Source: an uncultured Candidatus Saccharibacteria bacterium (GTDB lineage: Bacteria > Patescibacteriota > UBA1384 > 2-12-FULL-50-11). Taken from it: a stretch of DNA of 64,000 nucleotides. The position numbers were made by a program, and so were the translations under genes. A model generated the notes under the pieces. That model was not told the origin of the DNA, did no database searches, and worked only from the letters and a program-made list of their open reading frames with translations. Where the stretch lies: assembly GCA_964599405.1 (NCBI GenBank), contig CAZRED010000001.1, forward strand, positions 149,942 to 213,941. The letters run 5' to 3'. Positions 10,171 to 19,665 of this stretch are shown one piece after another; the first letter of the stretch is position 1, and each line of letters starts with the position of its first letter.

Positions 10171-10243
10171 GCCGGTGTAGCTCAACGGTTAGAGCGAAGC
10201 ACTCATAACGCTTAGGCAGGTGGTTCAACTCCACCCATCGGCA
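10171..10243 (+). tRNA. tRNA-Met(CAT), probably elongator; CCA not encoded
   Basis: GCCGGTG/CATCGGC acceptor, AAGCA-CTCATAA-CGCTT anticodon arm (31-39 mismatch), GGTGG-TTCAACT-CCACC. Confidence 0.9.
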
Positions 10244-10246
10244 CGA

Positions 10247-10654
10247 TTAACCGTTTCGGCTTTGTCCGAGCAGGTACTTCCACCATTTTTGTAAGTTTGT
10301 TTCTTGGGGAGGCGCTTCCGGAGTGGGTTCGCGGTAAACAAAATCTTCTAGCGCCGAGGCTAAACTATTAGCTGGAATGCCGTTAACCAAAACTGCCGTT
10401 TCGTCGGGCCGCTTTAAGCCGAGCCGCCGCTTCGCTTCCACTTCTTGATATTCCGGAGTTTGGTAGAAGGTTAGTAACAATTTCAATTTTTCGTTACGAG
10501 CCGAAAGGTCGCTAACTTCTTGTCTGGTAAATTCAATTGTTTGGTTAATTTGATAGTTACGCACCCCCAGGCGGACGTTAGAGTAGGCCGCAAACAGAAA
10601 GACCGCCACCAACAACAAGTAGCCCAACCAGCGCTGCGTTAACTTTAGGCTCAT
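10247..10654 (-). CDS. Septum formation initiator (FtsB/DivIC-like)
   Basis: TM + coiled coil + EYQEVEAKRRLGLKRPDE motif; start trimmed to MSLKL. Confidence 0.8.
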   Translation of the reverse strand: MSLKLTQRWLGYLLLVAVFLFAAYSNVRLGVRNYQINQTIEFTRQEVSDLSARNEKLKLLLTFYQTPEYQEVEAKRRLGLKRPDETAVLVNGIPANSLASALEDFVYREPTPEAPPQETNLQKWWKYLLGQSRNG

Positions 10655-10683
10655 CAAGGGCAGTCTAACAAACCAAGCCCAAA

Positions 10684-10722
10684 ACAAAAACGACTCCCTG
10701 TCCGGGGAGCCGCTTTTGTTTG
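10684..10722 (-). terminator. Hairpin terminator downstream of lamin-tail protein
   Basis: ACAAAAA-CGACTCCC..GGGAGCCG-CTTTTGT inverted repeat. Confidence 0.55.
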
Positions 10723-12882
10723 TTAGCGGCGTGACTTACCGCGTTTCTTACCCTTTCTCTTCGCTGCCTTGCCAGCAGCAACCGGCAGTGCCGGAATATC
10801 CAGTGGACCGCTCTGCATGGAACGGGACAGCGAGTAGAACCCGCCGGCCACTATCAGCAGCAGTACCACCACGATGGCAATGCGCAACCAATCTTGCTGT
10901 CCGGCCACGTTGACCACCATGTCGTCGGCCGCTTGGGCGGTTGGGACGAGTTTAGCAGGCGTTGTTGGAGCCGGTGACTGGATTGTTTCCTTGCTACCTT
11001 CTAAAGCAGCAGTCGTTACCGCCAAATCGCCGTCAACCAGTTCGCCGCTTGTCACTACCCCGGCCACCAGACTGGCAAAAAAGCTGTTGCTCTTGCCGCT
11101 GATGTTGCCGAATTGATCAAGCGCGTAGACCACGAAACTGTTGTAACTGCCGTCGGCCGGCAAATCCAGAATTAGCGTCGTGTTGCTGATTGGGGCAGTG
11201 CGGATAACGTTGACGCCCGAGCCATATTCAACGATGTATGCTGTTGAATCCGCTGGAGCTGTCCAACTCAATTCCACTCGGCAGGACATGGTTTTGCAGG
11301 TCACTTTACCTTTGGTAATCGTCGGTGTTGCTGGTCCAACAATGTCGTTGGCCACACTAACGATGTTGCTGGCATTACCACCAGCATCCACTAACTGCAG
11401 CCAGACAGTTGGGTAGCGATTGTCGCCAATTGAGACGGCGTCAAAGCCAAAACCAACGTTAGTCTGGACCGAAGCCAGTACCACCGCCATTGGGTCGGTT
11501 GGAGCTCGGTCGAAGACTGTTACCGTTGCCAACTCACTGGAAGCGCCAGCTGCGCCGGAAACCGTGTCGTTGCTGCCCGGATTGTTCTGGGCAACTGTTA
11601 ACTTCGTTGCGTCCAAGATCGGAGCGAGGTTGTCTAGCGCCGAACCTTGAACAGTTGGATTAACCAACGATTCGCGGGAGCTGAAGTCAATTGCCACAAT
11701 GGCAAACTCGTAAACAACGGGGCCATTTTCCAGACCGTTAATCGTTGCTTCGAGCAAACTGCCGGCACTTTGACTAAGAACAGTGGCGTCACCAACTTTG
11801 TGGTAGTCGACGCGGTAGGTGATTTCATCTAACGAAGTCGAAGCATCCCACTGCACCAGTACGCTACCGCCATTATCGCTGGCGACGTCTGTTACCGTTG
11901 GGTTGCTGGCTGGTTCCGGGTTAGCCGTATCGACGGTAAAACCGTCGCTCGACAGTTCGCTGACCAATCCAACACCGTTGACTGCCTGAACCGTTGCGAA
12001 ATACGTCACGCCTTCCGTCAAATTCGCGCCTAGCACGAAGACGTGGGAAGTGGCCAGATCGACATCAGTAAATGCAACAACATCGTCAGATCCCGCGGAC
12101 AGACCAAGACCGACCATGTAATCAACAACGCCGCTCTCATCGTCGGCAAAACCGTCCCAGTTGGCACTGGCTACTGCCGGATTGTCGTTCCAGTCAACGT
12201 CGTCAGCCGATCCGTCGTTAACGATTGCCGCCGTTGTGTTGGCTGGTGTTTCGTCGTTGACGAATTTGGGCGTGGCGAAGTTGTTTGGTGCGGCACCAGC
12301 AACCAGGTTTTTGAACCCAATTGACGTGTGCCAATTACCCGGCTGAGTGCCATCTGCAACGATGAAGTTTCGCTCTAATGAGCGCTTTGTTGCTGTGTTT
12401 TCACCGCCAAAGTAACTTCCATCGCCGTTACAATCCATACCGTCGATTAACTCGTCGAGCTGATTTTTCAGCTCAATTATCCGACAGCTCGAAGGATTAC
12501 TAAGCGAGAAGCTTGTTACTTCAAGGTCTAGCGGTACTGCCCTTACGGTGGATAATAGACCAGCCTGACCGATCAGTAAGTACTCACCGGCATTTAGTTC
12601 AGTGTTGGCGGGAATGACAAAGTCGTTACCAGCTCCAACCGTTCTAACGTTTGTTAGCGTCCAGCTGGAAAGGTCGACAAATCCTTCGGTCGCAGTGTTG
12701 AACAATTCAACCCACTCATCTTCAGAACCACTAGCAGCAGTTGACCCCATCCACATCACTTCATTAATGACCACATCGGGCGCCGCGGAAGCGTGAGCGG
12801 GCTCAATCACAAGGAGTTGAGCAGCCACGAAACCCTGGAACGCCAAAAGGATCGTAAGGAAGCGTATCATTACGTTTTTCAT
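10723..12882 (-). CDS. Secreted surface protein: lamin-tail domain + FN3-like repeats + C-terminal TM and basic tail
   Basis: VVINEVMW...DEWVELFN..VDLSSWTL (lamin-tail pattern); WDGFADDESGVVDY; SD AAGGAG upstream. Confidence 0.8.
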   Translation of the reverse strand: MKNVMIRFLTILLAFQGFVAAQLLVIEPAHASAAPDVVINEVMWMGSTAASGSEDEWVELFNTATEGFVDLSSWTLTNVRTVGAGNDFVIPANTELNAGEYLLIGQAGLLSTVRAVPLDLEVTSFSLSNPSSCRIIELKNQLDELIDGMDCNGDGSYFGGENTATKRSLERNFIVADGTQPGNWHTSIGFKNLVAGAAPNNFATPKFVNDETPANTTAAIVNDGSADDVDWNDNPAVASANWDGFADDESGVVDYMVGLGLSAGSDDVVAFTDVDLATSHVFVLGANLTEGVTYFATVQAVNGVGLVSELSSDGFTVDTANPEPASNPTVTDVASDNGGSVLVQWDASTSLDEITYRVDYHKVGDATVLSQSAGSLLEATINGLENGPVVYEFAIVAIDFSSRESLVNPTVQGSALDNLAPILDATKLTVAQNNPGSNDTVSGAAGASSELATVTVFDRAPTDPMAVVLASVQTNVGFGFDAVSIGDNRYPTVWLQLVDAGGNASNIVSVANDIVGPATPTITKGKVTCKTMSCRVELSWTAPADSTAYIVEYGSGVNVIRTAPISNTTLILDLPADGSYNSFVVYALDQFGNISGKSNSFFASLVAGVVTSGELVDGDLAVTTAALEGSKETIQSPAPTTPAKLVPTAQAADDMVVNVAGQQDWLRIAIVVVLLLIVAGGFYSLSRSMQSGPLDIPALPVAAGKAAKRKGKKRGKSRR

Positions 12883-13083
12883 GTGTTCTCCTTTTTATTA
12901 ACGAGCACAGAAACCGATTGCGGTCTCTAGCCCCTCTTTCTGTTTCCCCTCTACGCTCCCTAAGAACGGTCTGTCCGCCCCTAAAGTGCTGCTTCTCAAC
13001 GTTAATCATATGCGTCACCACCTGTCAAATCTGTTGAACTGGTTGAGAATTGGCCTCTAAAATCGTACAATATACTTCCGTAA

Positions 13084-13266
13084 GGGTCCGTAGCTCAGTG
13101 GCAGTAGCAATCGGCTTAACAGTCAGGCCAGGTGGGAGTGTAGCTCAGCGGTTAGAGCGCCAAGCTTATACCTTGGTGGTCCATGGTTCGAATCCATGCA
13201 CTCCCACCTGGCAGGACTGTATGTAATATATCCGATCGGTCGGAGGTTCGATCCCTCCCGGACCCA
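13084..13266 (+). tRNA. Interrupted (outer) tRNA, probably Ile(UAU); exons about 13084-13118 and 13229-13266 around a 110-nt insert
   Basis: GGGTCCG/CGGACCC-A acceptor, ATCGG/CCGAT anticodon stem, GGAGG-TTCGATC-CCTCC T-arm; joined exons give a 73-nt tRNA with loop CT-TAT-AT. Confidence 0.8.
13134..13206 (+). tRNA. tRNA-Ile(TAT), complete, nested within the outer tRNA
   Basis: GGGAGTG/CACTCCC-A, GCTC/GAGC D-stem, CCAAG-CTTATAC-CTTGG, CATGG-TTCGAAT-CCATG. Confidence 0.92.
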
Positions 13267-13270
13267 CAGA

Positions 13271-15082
13271 ATGAAAAATATTTGGCGGCTTTTCGAGTTA
13301 GTCCCCAGCTACAAAAAGCGTCTAACCCGTGTGTTATTGGTTAATAGCGTCCTCGGCCTGGTTGGCCTAGCAACACCGTATCTCCTTAAAACTGTCCTCG
13401 ACCTGGTCATTGCCGCCGTTGGAACGGGGGTGACGCCAGAAAGTAGCGGGCAAATCACTACCGCACTCTCGGTTCTCATAAGCGTAAGTTTGCTTGGTGT
13501 CTTATTTGACTATATAGGTGAACGCCTTAGCGACTTACTATTCATCGACATTATGTGGGAGATCCGCAAAAAAACCTTCCAGCATCTTTCGAAACTGTCG
13601 ATCGACTACTACGAGAAGAACAGGGCAGGGGAAATTATGGAACGCATTAGTACGGGTACGATGGCTTTCTCCCGATGGGCATTTAGTATTGCCGATGGTT
13701 TTCTGGGAGTATCCATCACCATTATTCTTGCTATTATCCTGCTCTGGATACAAATCCCAGTGGTCGGGTTAATTGCCACCATTTCCGTACCGTTAAATTT
13801 CTATTTAGTAATTAACCGTAGTATTAAAACGAAACCAATCCGCGAGGAGTGGTCTAAGCATGCCGAACAGGGCATGGGCGAGATGGGCGAAACCCTGTCA
13901 CAAATTAGTACCGTACGGAGTTTCGCTCAGGAAGAAGAGCGCCTTAGTCGCTACACAAAACAAGTCGACGGCTACCGACATTTGCGTATCCGCCAATCGC
14001 AAATCGAGTGGCGGACGAACGCCCTTCGCGGGCTTCTCAACATGGTAACGTTCATCGGATCGATTGGTTATGTAGCTTGGGGCATTTTTCACGGTCAGCA
14101 CACCGTTGGTGACGTTCTAATGGTATCTCTATACCTCCAACAGATTCGCGGAAATATTGCCCCGTTGAGCAGAATTATGACCGATACGGGTGAGGTCGAA
14201 ACCGCCGCTACCCGACTAGCTACTATTCTTGACGCTGACTCTGCAGTCATCGACCAGGTCGGTGCTTCCGATCTCGATGAGCTGCGATCAATAGAGTTCC
14301 GTTCGGTTTCTTTCCAATACCCGGGAAAAACCAAAAAGGTCCTTCGCGACGTTTCGTTCAAGCTCGCGCGCAGCCAAACACTAGCTTTGGTCGGCCCCTC
14401 TGGCGTCGGTAAAAGCACGATTACCAAACTGCTATTACGTTTTTACGAACCAACCAGCGGTCAGATTCTGATAAACGACAAACCAATTGAAACGTTTACC
14501 CAAAGTTCTGTCCGGAAACTGCTCGGAATGGTTATGCAAGACGTTGCGTTATTTAACGACACCATTAAGGAGAATCTTCGTTTCGCGCGGCCAGACGCCA
14601 GCGATGCTGAAGTGATGCGCGCCGCGGCAATCGCCCACGCTGACGCGTTTATCGATAAATTCCCAGATAAATACGAAACGCTTGTTGGCGAACGGGGAGT
14701 ACGTTTGAGCGGTGGCGAGAAGCAGCGGGTTGCGATTGCCCGAGCCGTATTGAAAAATCCCCAGTTAATTATCCTTGACGAAGCTACATCAGCCCTCGAT
14801 TCCCAATCTGAACGCTATGTCCAAGACGGTCTTTACCAGCTCTTAAAGGATAAGACGGCTCTCATTATCGCGCACCGGCTCAGTACCGTGATGCGAGCAG
14901 ATAAAATCGTTGTACTCAGCGACGGTTCAGTCCTAGAGCAGGGTAACCATCAAGATCTGCTCGAGCAAAAAGGACTCTACGCCAAGCTCTTCTCCATGCA
15001 ATCCGACAGCCTCAAAGATTTCGACATTGCCCCAGAACTAATATCGAAACGGACCAAGAATGATACCGAACCCACACAATGA
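13271..15082 (+). CDS. ABC transporter, fused permease/ATP-binding (MsbA/ABCB-type exporter)
   Basis: TM domain; GPSGVGKST, LSGGEKQRVAIAR, ILDEATSALD; start moved to ATG just after the tRNA. Confidence 0.95.
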   Translation: MKNIWRLFELVPSYKKRLTRVLLVNSVLGLVGLATPYLLKTVLDLVIAAVGTGVTPESSGQITTALSVLISVSLLGVLFDYIGERLSDLLFIDIMWEIRKKTFQHLSKLSIDYYEKNRAGEIMERISTGTMAFSRWAFSIADGFLGVSITIILAIILLWIQIPVVGLIATISVPLNFYLVINRSIKTKPIREEWSKHAEQGMGEMGETLSQISTVRSFAQEEERLSRYTKQVDGYRHLRIRQSQIEWRTNALRGLLNMVTFIGSIGYVAWGIFHGQHTVGDVLMVSLYLQQIRGNIAPLSRIMTDTGEVETAATRLATILDADSAVIDQVGASDLDELRSIEFRSVSFQYPGKTKKVLRDVSFKLARSQTLALVGPSGVGKSTITKLLLRFYEPTSGQILINDKPIETFTQSSVRKLLGMVMQDVALFNDTIKENLRFARPDASDAEVMRAAAIAHADAFIDKFPDKYETLVGERGVRLSGGEKQRVAIARAVLKNPQLIILDEATSALDSQSERYVQDGLYQLLKDKTALIIAHRLSTVMRADKIVVLSDGSVLEQGNHQDLLEQKGLYAKLFSMQSDSLKDFDIAPELISKRTKNDTEPTQ

Positions 15083-15951
15083 ATGAAGTAGGAATCCTCA
15101 CTGGAGGAGATTCATCAGAACGGGAAGTTTCGCTTAAAACTGCCGAAATAATAAAAAAATGTCTGAAAGAAAATGGAACTAGATTTAAAGTTATTGACGT
15201 ATCCGACAAAGATTGGCAAAAACAAGTTCCTAGCTCCGTAGTTATTATCGCCCTCCATGGTCGTTTTGGTGAAGATGGAACGCTACAGAATATTCTTGAA
15301 GGTCTCCAAATCCCTTTTACGGGTTCTGGCAGTCAGGCTTCAAAAATCGCCTTCGACAAAATCGCTACTAAAAAAATTGCTCAAGAACTTGGGATTAATT
15401 GCCCTGAGAACGTTAGCGCCGACAGTACGGGTTTTCCTGTCGTTGTTAAGCCAAACAGAGAGGGCTCAAGTTATGGGGTAACTATTGTTAAAGATAGCTC
15501 CAAGATGCCCGAAGCCATCGCCTTGGCAAAACAATACGGCAAAGACCTTGTCATAGAAAAGTATATCGAAGGCAAGGAATTAAGTTGCGCCATTACCCAA
15601 ATGATCGGTCACGCAAAAGCCCTGCCGGTAATTGAGATTGTTCCTAAGGGGGAGTACTTCGATTACAAATCAAAATATTCTACAGATGGCGCCAATGAGA
15701 TTGTTCCGGCCAATATAAGTCAAGAAATAAGCGAGAAAATCCAAAAGTTATCCGAAAAAATATTCGACACTCTTAAATTGCGTCAATACGCTCGTATTGA
15801 CTGGATATTGAACGGCGAAACGCCGTATTTTCTGGAGGTAAACACGCTACCAGGAATGACCAAAACTTCGCTAATAAATAAAGAATTGGCAGCCGCCGGT
15901 GTTTCTACTGCTGATTTCATACAATTTTTAGTTGATACCGCCTCCTCCTAG
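15079..15951 (+). CDS. ddl: D-alanine--D-alanine ligase
   Basis: GGDSSEREVS, LHGRFGEDG, GSSYG, LEVNTLPGMT. Confidence 0.95.
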   Translation: MNEVGILTGGDSSEREVSLKTAEIIKKCLKENGTRFKVIDVSDKDWQKQVPSSVVIIALHGRFGEDGTLQNILEGLQIPFTGSGSQASKIAFDKIATKKIAQELGINCPENVSADSTGFPVVVKPNREGSSYGVTIVKDSSKMPEAIALAKQYGKDLVIEKYIEGKELSCAITQMIGHAKALPVIEIVPKGEYFDYKSKYSTDGANEIVPANISQEISEKIQKLSEKIFDTLKLRQYARIDWILNGETPYFLEVNTLPGMTKTSLINKELAAAGVSTADFIQFLVDTASS

Positions 15952-15984
15952 TAAAACCTCAATAATTTCGTAATATATACACAG

Positions 15985-17415
15985 ATGAAACACGGAACCC
16001 GCAAAGTATTTGCCTGGACGTTCGGCATTCTTTCGGGCGTGTCGTTGTTGCTGGCCGCCGCCGGGGGAGTGGCCACGGCATATCAGGGGCGGATCGCACC
16101 CAATACGATAGTGGCTGGGGTTTCCGTCGGCGGGCTAACCGTTAGAGACGCCTACCAAAAGATTAATGCCAAAAGTCAGTCGATTGCCGAAGCGGCGATT
16201 CCTGTTGTGGTCGATAGCGAGCAAAAAGAGCTAACCCTCCAACAGCTTGGTGTTAGCTTGCAAGCCAACCAAAGCGAGCTTTTTCTTTCCTCAAAAAATT
16301 CCTTTGCTTGGGTCACCCCGGGTTATTGGCAGAAGTTTTTTGCTAAAAAAGTGCTACCAGTAGAATACGACATTAACGAAGAACAGTTCCGCCAGGCTGT
16401 GGAAGACAGTTTCAACCTCCATAGCACCGCCAAAAATGCCGAAGTTACCATCCAAAACAAAGAGCTAACTGTTAGCCCGGCCATCACTGGCAAGCAGATT
16501 GACGTAACGGCCGCCCTCCAGAAGCTAAAAGACCAATTCCAAACCGGCATCTTATTAACTCTGCCGTTTACCTACGCCGAAACAGCCGCGGAAATTAGTA
16601 CCGACGAGGCCACCCAAACAAAAAACGAAATAACTACCGCTCTCCAGCCAGCTAAGCTCACCGGCGGGGGACGCAATTTTACTATTAGCGTCGAAGACCA
16701 GTACGGGCTGATTGATTACACTACCACCGGCAGCGATTTACAGTGGCGGGTTTCTGAAGAAAAATTGCGTAGCTACCTAACAACTACTGTTGCCAGCAAG
16801 CTGAATATTAAAATGATTGAACGGGTATTTCAGATTAAGCCGGAAGCGCTGCTCCAAGAGGGGAAAGATGGCCGAGCCGTGGTGATGCCAACGCTGTTAG
16901 CCAGTGTCTACCGTAGAATAACCGAACAAAAAGACACTGGCGTGATCGAAGTGCCGCTGCAAACAATTACCTTCACCGATAAGTGGGTGGAAGCCGATTA
17001 CATTCCGGGGCTTTTCCCGGGAATCTACGTGGACATTAACTTGGCCAAACAACGCCTCCATATCGTCAACGGCGAGACGTTGGTCAGCACTTTTCTCATT
17101 TCCAGCGGTAAGGCCGGCCTACCAACGCCGAAAGGAACTTTCTACATCAAGAATAAAATTGACCTGGCCCAGTCACGGCTCTACCCAGGAATTTGGATGC
17201 GCTACTGGAACGCCCTGGCCAAAAACCCTGACGGCTCGGGGTATGAGGGCTACGGCATCCACGACCTACCGTGTTTCAACTCTAGCTGTACCCTGATTGA
17301 AGGAGCCGGACACTTAGGCCGACCGGTGTCGCACGGCTGCGTTCGGTTAGGACACGATAACGCTGTCTGGTTCTACGAGAACATCCCGATCGCCACACCG
17401 GTTAATATCCACTAA
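15985..17415 (+). CDS. L,D-transpeptidase (YkuD domain) with peptidoglycan-binding N-terminal region
   Basis: ISSGKAGLPTPKG, YGIHD, SHGCVRL. Confidence 0.9.
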   Translation: MKHGTRKVFAWTFGILSGVSLLLAAAGGVATAYQGRIAPNTIVAGVSVGGLTVRDAYQKINAKSQSIAEAAIPVVVDSEQKELTLQQLGVSLQANQSELFLSSKNSFAWVTPGYWQKFFAKKVLPVEYDINEEQFRQAVEDSFNLHSTAKNAEVTIQNKELTVSPAITGKQIDVTAALQKLKDQFQTGILLTLPFTYAETAAEISTDEATQTKNEITTALQPAKLTGGGRNFTISVEDQYGLIDYTTTGSDLQWRVSEEKLRSYLTTTVASKLNIKMIERVFQIKPEALLQEGKDGRAVVMPTLLASVYRRITEQKDTGVIEVPLQTITFTDKWVEADYIPGLFPGIYVDINLAKQRLHIVNGETLVSTFLISSGKAGLPTPKGTFYIKNKIDLAQSRLYPGIWMRYWNALAKNPDGSGYEGYGIHDLPCFNSSCTLIEGAGHLGRPVSHGCVRLGHDNAVWFYENIPIATPVNIH

Positions 17416-18782
17416 ATCTGCACAGACTGGCCGACTCGGGCGGGCTGGACACTGACACCGGGAAACGCCGCAATCACATTTTTTCCAAATGTTTCCACCC
17501 GTTTCGGGTCGGCGTGAACGATAAAAATTTTGCCGTCTGCGGCTAATTTGATGGCTTTCAGCCAATCCAGTAGTTCCGAGTTATCGGCGTGGCCGGAAAA
17601 GGCATCAATTACCTGGATTTTGGCGTTAATCGGCACATCTTTTCGGTCAATCCGCACATGTTTAGCGCCGTTAATAATATCGCGCCCGAGTGTTCCTTCG
17701 GCCTGATAGCCAATTACCAACAGCAGGGTTTTCGAGTTTGGCAGGTAACGCTTCATATGGTGGACAATCCGGCCACCGACCATCATGCCACTGCCAGCAA
17801 TAATTACTTTCGGTGGCGGGATGTCGTTGATGGATTTGGACTGCTCAACGGACGGCGTTAAGGCCAGGCTCTTAAAAGAGAAAATTTCGTGATCAGTGTT
17901 GGAATCTTTCCGGACCTGCTCGGCGTACAGCTCCAAATGCCGGTCAAACACTTCCAGCGCCTCAATTCCCAGCGGTCCGTCCAGATAAATCGGCAGTTGC
18001 GGTAATTTTTGGTGGGTAAATAGTTGGTGGAACAAATAGAGCAGTTCCTGGGTGCGCTCAATAGAAAAGGCCGGGATCAGTAGCACGCCCTTATTTTGGA
18101 TTGTCCACTCAATCGCTTCCCGCAACACCGTCATTCGGTCTTGGCGGGGTTCGTGTTCAACGCCGCCGTAGGTGCCTTCGGTCACAATTACATCCGCTTC
18201 CGGTGGTGGCTGGGAATGGGGCAGTAGAGTATTCGGGTAGTGGCCCAAATCACCCGAGAAAACTATCCTCTTACCGCCAGCATCGAGCAAAACGCTGGAC
18301 GAGCCCAAAATATGCCCAGCGTCATATAGCGTTACCGAGTCATCGCCCTCGAGCGGCTGGGGTTTATGATAAGAAATCGACTTAAACAGCGTCAATGTTC
18401 GTTTTAAATCCGCCTCTTCGTACATTAACCCCTCGTTTCTTTGCATCTGATCGTGATGAGCCCGGCTTAGCATCACGTGGTAGGCATCTTTCAATACCAA
18501 GCTAGTTAGCTCCAAGGTCGCCTCGGTGGCATAGATCGGGCCGCGGTAGCCGTCTTTAACTAATTTGGGCAAACGCCCGATATGGTCCAAATGGGCGTGA
18601 GTCACTGTTACCGCCTTAATTTCAGCTGGGTCGAACTGAAATCCGGCCATATTCGAATCAAAGGCGTGCTCGCTGCCCTGGAATAAGCCACAATCTACTA
18701 AATATTTGGCTGAACCGGTGTTGATTAGAAAATTTGAGCCCGTTACTTCGCCGGCAGCGCCGTAAAAGCTAATTTCGGTCAT
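17412..18782 (-). CDS. MBL-fold beta-CASP RNA-metabolising hydrolase
   Basis: GAAGEVTGS, THAHLDHIG, AGHILGS, FSGHAD. Confidence 0.92.
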   Translation of the reverse strand: MTEISFYGAAGEVTGSNFLINTGSAKYLVDCGLFQGSEHAFDSNMAGFQFDPAEIKAVTVTHAHLDHIGRLPKLVKDGYRGPIYATEATLELTSLVLKDAYHVMLSRAHHDQMQRNEGLMYEEADLKRTLTLFKSISYHKPQPLEGDDSVTLYDAGHILGSSSVLLDAGGKRIVFSGDLGHYPNTLLPHSQPPPEADVIVTEGTYGGVEHEPRQDRMTVLREAIEWTIQNKGVLLIPAFSIERTQELLYLFHQLFTHQKLPQLPIYLDGPLGIEALEVFDRHLELYAEQVRKDSNTDHEIFSFKSLALTPSVEQSKSINDIPPPKVIIAGSGMMVGGRIVHHMKRYLPNSKTLLLVIGYQAEGTLGRDIINGAKHVRIDRKDVPINAKIQVIDAFSGHADNSELLDWLKAIKLAADGKIFIVHADPKRVETFGKNVIAAFPGVSVQPARVGQSVQI

Positions 18783-19342
18783 TAGTCGCGCCGAGCACGG
18801 TCTTTTTTGACTTCTTTGAGTAGTCCGATTACTAATTTTTCCGGGTCGGATTCAAACACAATCCTGGCTCGACCGCGCTTGGCAACAGTTAAGATATGAT
18901 CAATTTCGTCGATCATTCCGCCGGAATCCAGCAAAATGCCGATCGGTTTTTTGTCTTCAAAGGCTACTGTAAACTCGTTCAAAGTCCCAATCCGGCCGCA
19001 GATAAAAATCACCGCGTCGGTCGAGCGAATAAACAGCAAATTGCGCCCGGAGTAGCCAAAGCCGGTGTACATGGTGAAGTCGGTGTACTGGTGGGGGAGC
19101 TTGTACTTGCGGACGTGCTCAAGATAGCTGGAAGCAGGGGAAATCCCCACCGTAAAGCCACCGGCTTTTTTGGCGCCCTTGGCCGCTTCCAGGGGAATAC
19201 CGGTAGTGTCACCGGTAACCACTACGATACCGCGTTTGGCTAGTTCCCGGCCAACTTTTTGGGCATTTTCTATCGCATCCGGTGTGCAGTTAAAAACCGC
19301 CGAACCAGAAACGCCAATCTTAATTGAATCGTTTGACCCCAT
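18782..19342 (-). CDS. LOG/SLOG family nucleotide-binding protein
   Basis: GGFTVGISP, GRNLLFIRSTDAVI, GTLNEF. Confidence 0.85.
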   Translation of the reverse strand: MGSNDSIKIGVSGSAVFNCTPDAIENAQKVGRELAKRGIVVVTGDTTGIPLEAAKGAKKAGGFTVGISPASSYLEHVRKYKLPHQYTDFTMYTGFGYSGRNLLFIRSTDAVIFICGRIGTLNEFTVAFEDKKPIGILLDSGGMIDEIDHILTVAKRGRARIVFESDPEKLVIGLLKEVKKDRARRD

Positions 19343-19437
19343 CCCTTTTAATCATCTTACTGGGAAACTGGCTAAATATCCAAACTACCCCCCACCGTTG
19401 CCCGAAAGGCCCAAAATAAGGTAAAATACACCCGTAT

Positions 19438-19509
19438 TCCGGAGTAGCTCAGCGGTAGAGCGACGCCCTGTTAAGGCGCTGGCCGTCGGTTCGAATCCGA
19501 CCTCCGGAG
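19438..19509 (+). tRNA. tRNA-Asn(GTT)
   Basis: TCCGGAG/CTCCGGA-G, CTGTTAA loop, GTCGG-TTCGAAT-CCGAC. Confidence 0.95.
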
Positions 19510-19649
19510 CAAAAACAAAAAATCCACCCTTGCGGTGGTCTTTTTGTTTTGTTTGGGAGGAGATTGAACCGACCAGCCGAAGGCTTGTCGGTGCGGTTCC
19601 GAGCGAGTACATTGCGAGCGAGGATCAAGGAGCGAAGCGACGCTTGGTC

Positions 19650-19665
19650 TCCGACCTCCGGAGCA
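19650..19665 (+). repeat. 16-bp direct repeat of tRNA-Asn 3' end (copy of 19496-19511)
   Basis: TCCGACCTCCGGAGCA at both positions, 154 bp apart. Confidence 0.9.

Noticed and set aside
13119-13228. Group I/II intron or archaeal BHB intron in the outer tRNA
   Set aside because: Only 37 nt remain besides the inner tRNA; no terminal G, no GUGYG start, and bulges do not fit BHB geometry
13084-13266. Outer tRNA read as Leu(TAA)
   Set aside because: Short variable loop (CGGTC), whereas Leu tRNAs have a long variable arm; TAT is the better reconstruction, though not proven
13196-13270. N-terminal extension of the ABC transporter in the ORF track
   Set aside because: Runs through tRNA sequence; ATG at 13271 is more plausible
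19650-19665. attR of a large tRNA-Asn island
   Set aside because: Only 154 bp from the tRNA; no distal copy noticed in the window, so no large element can be delimited
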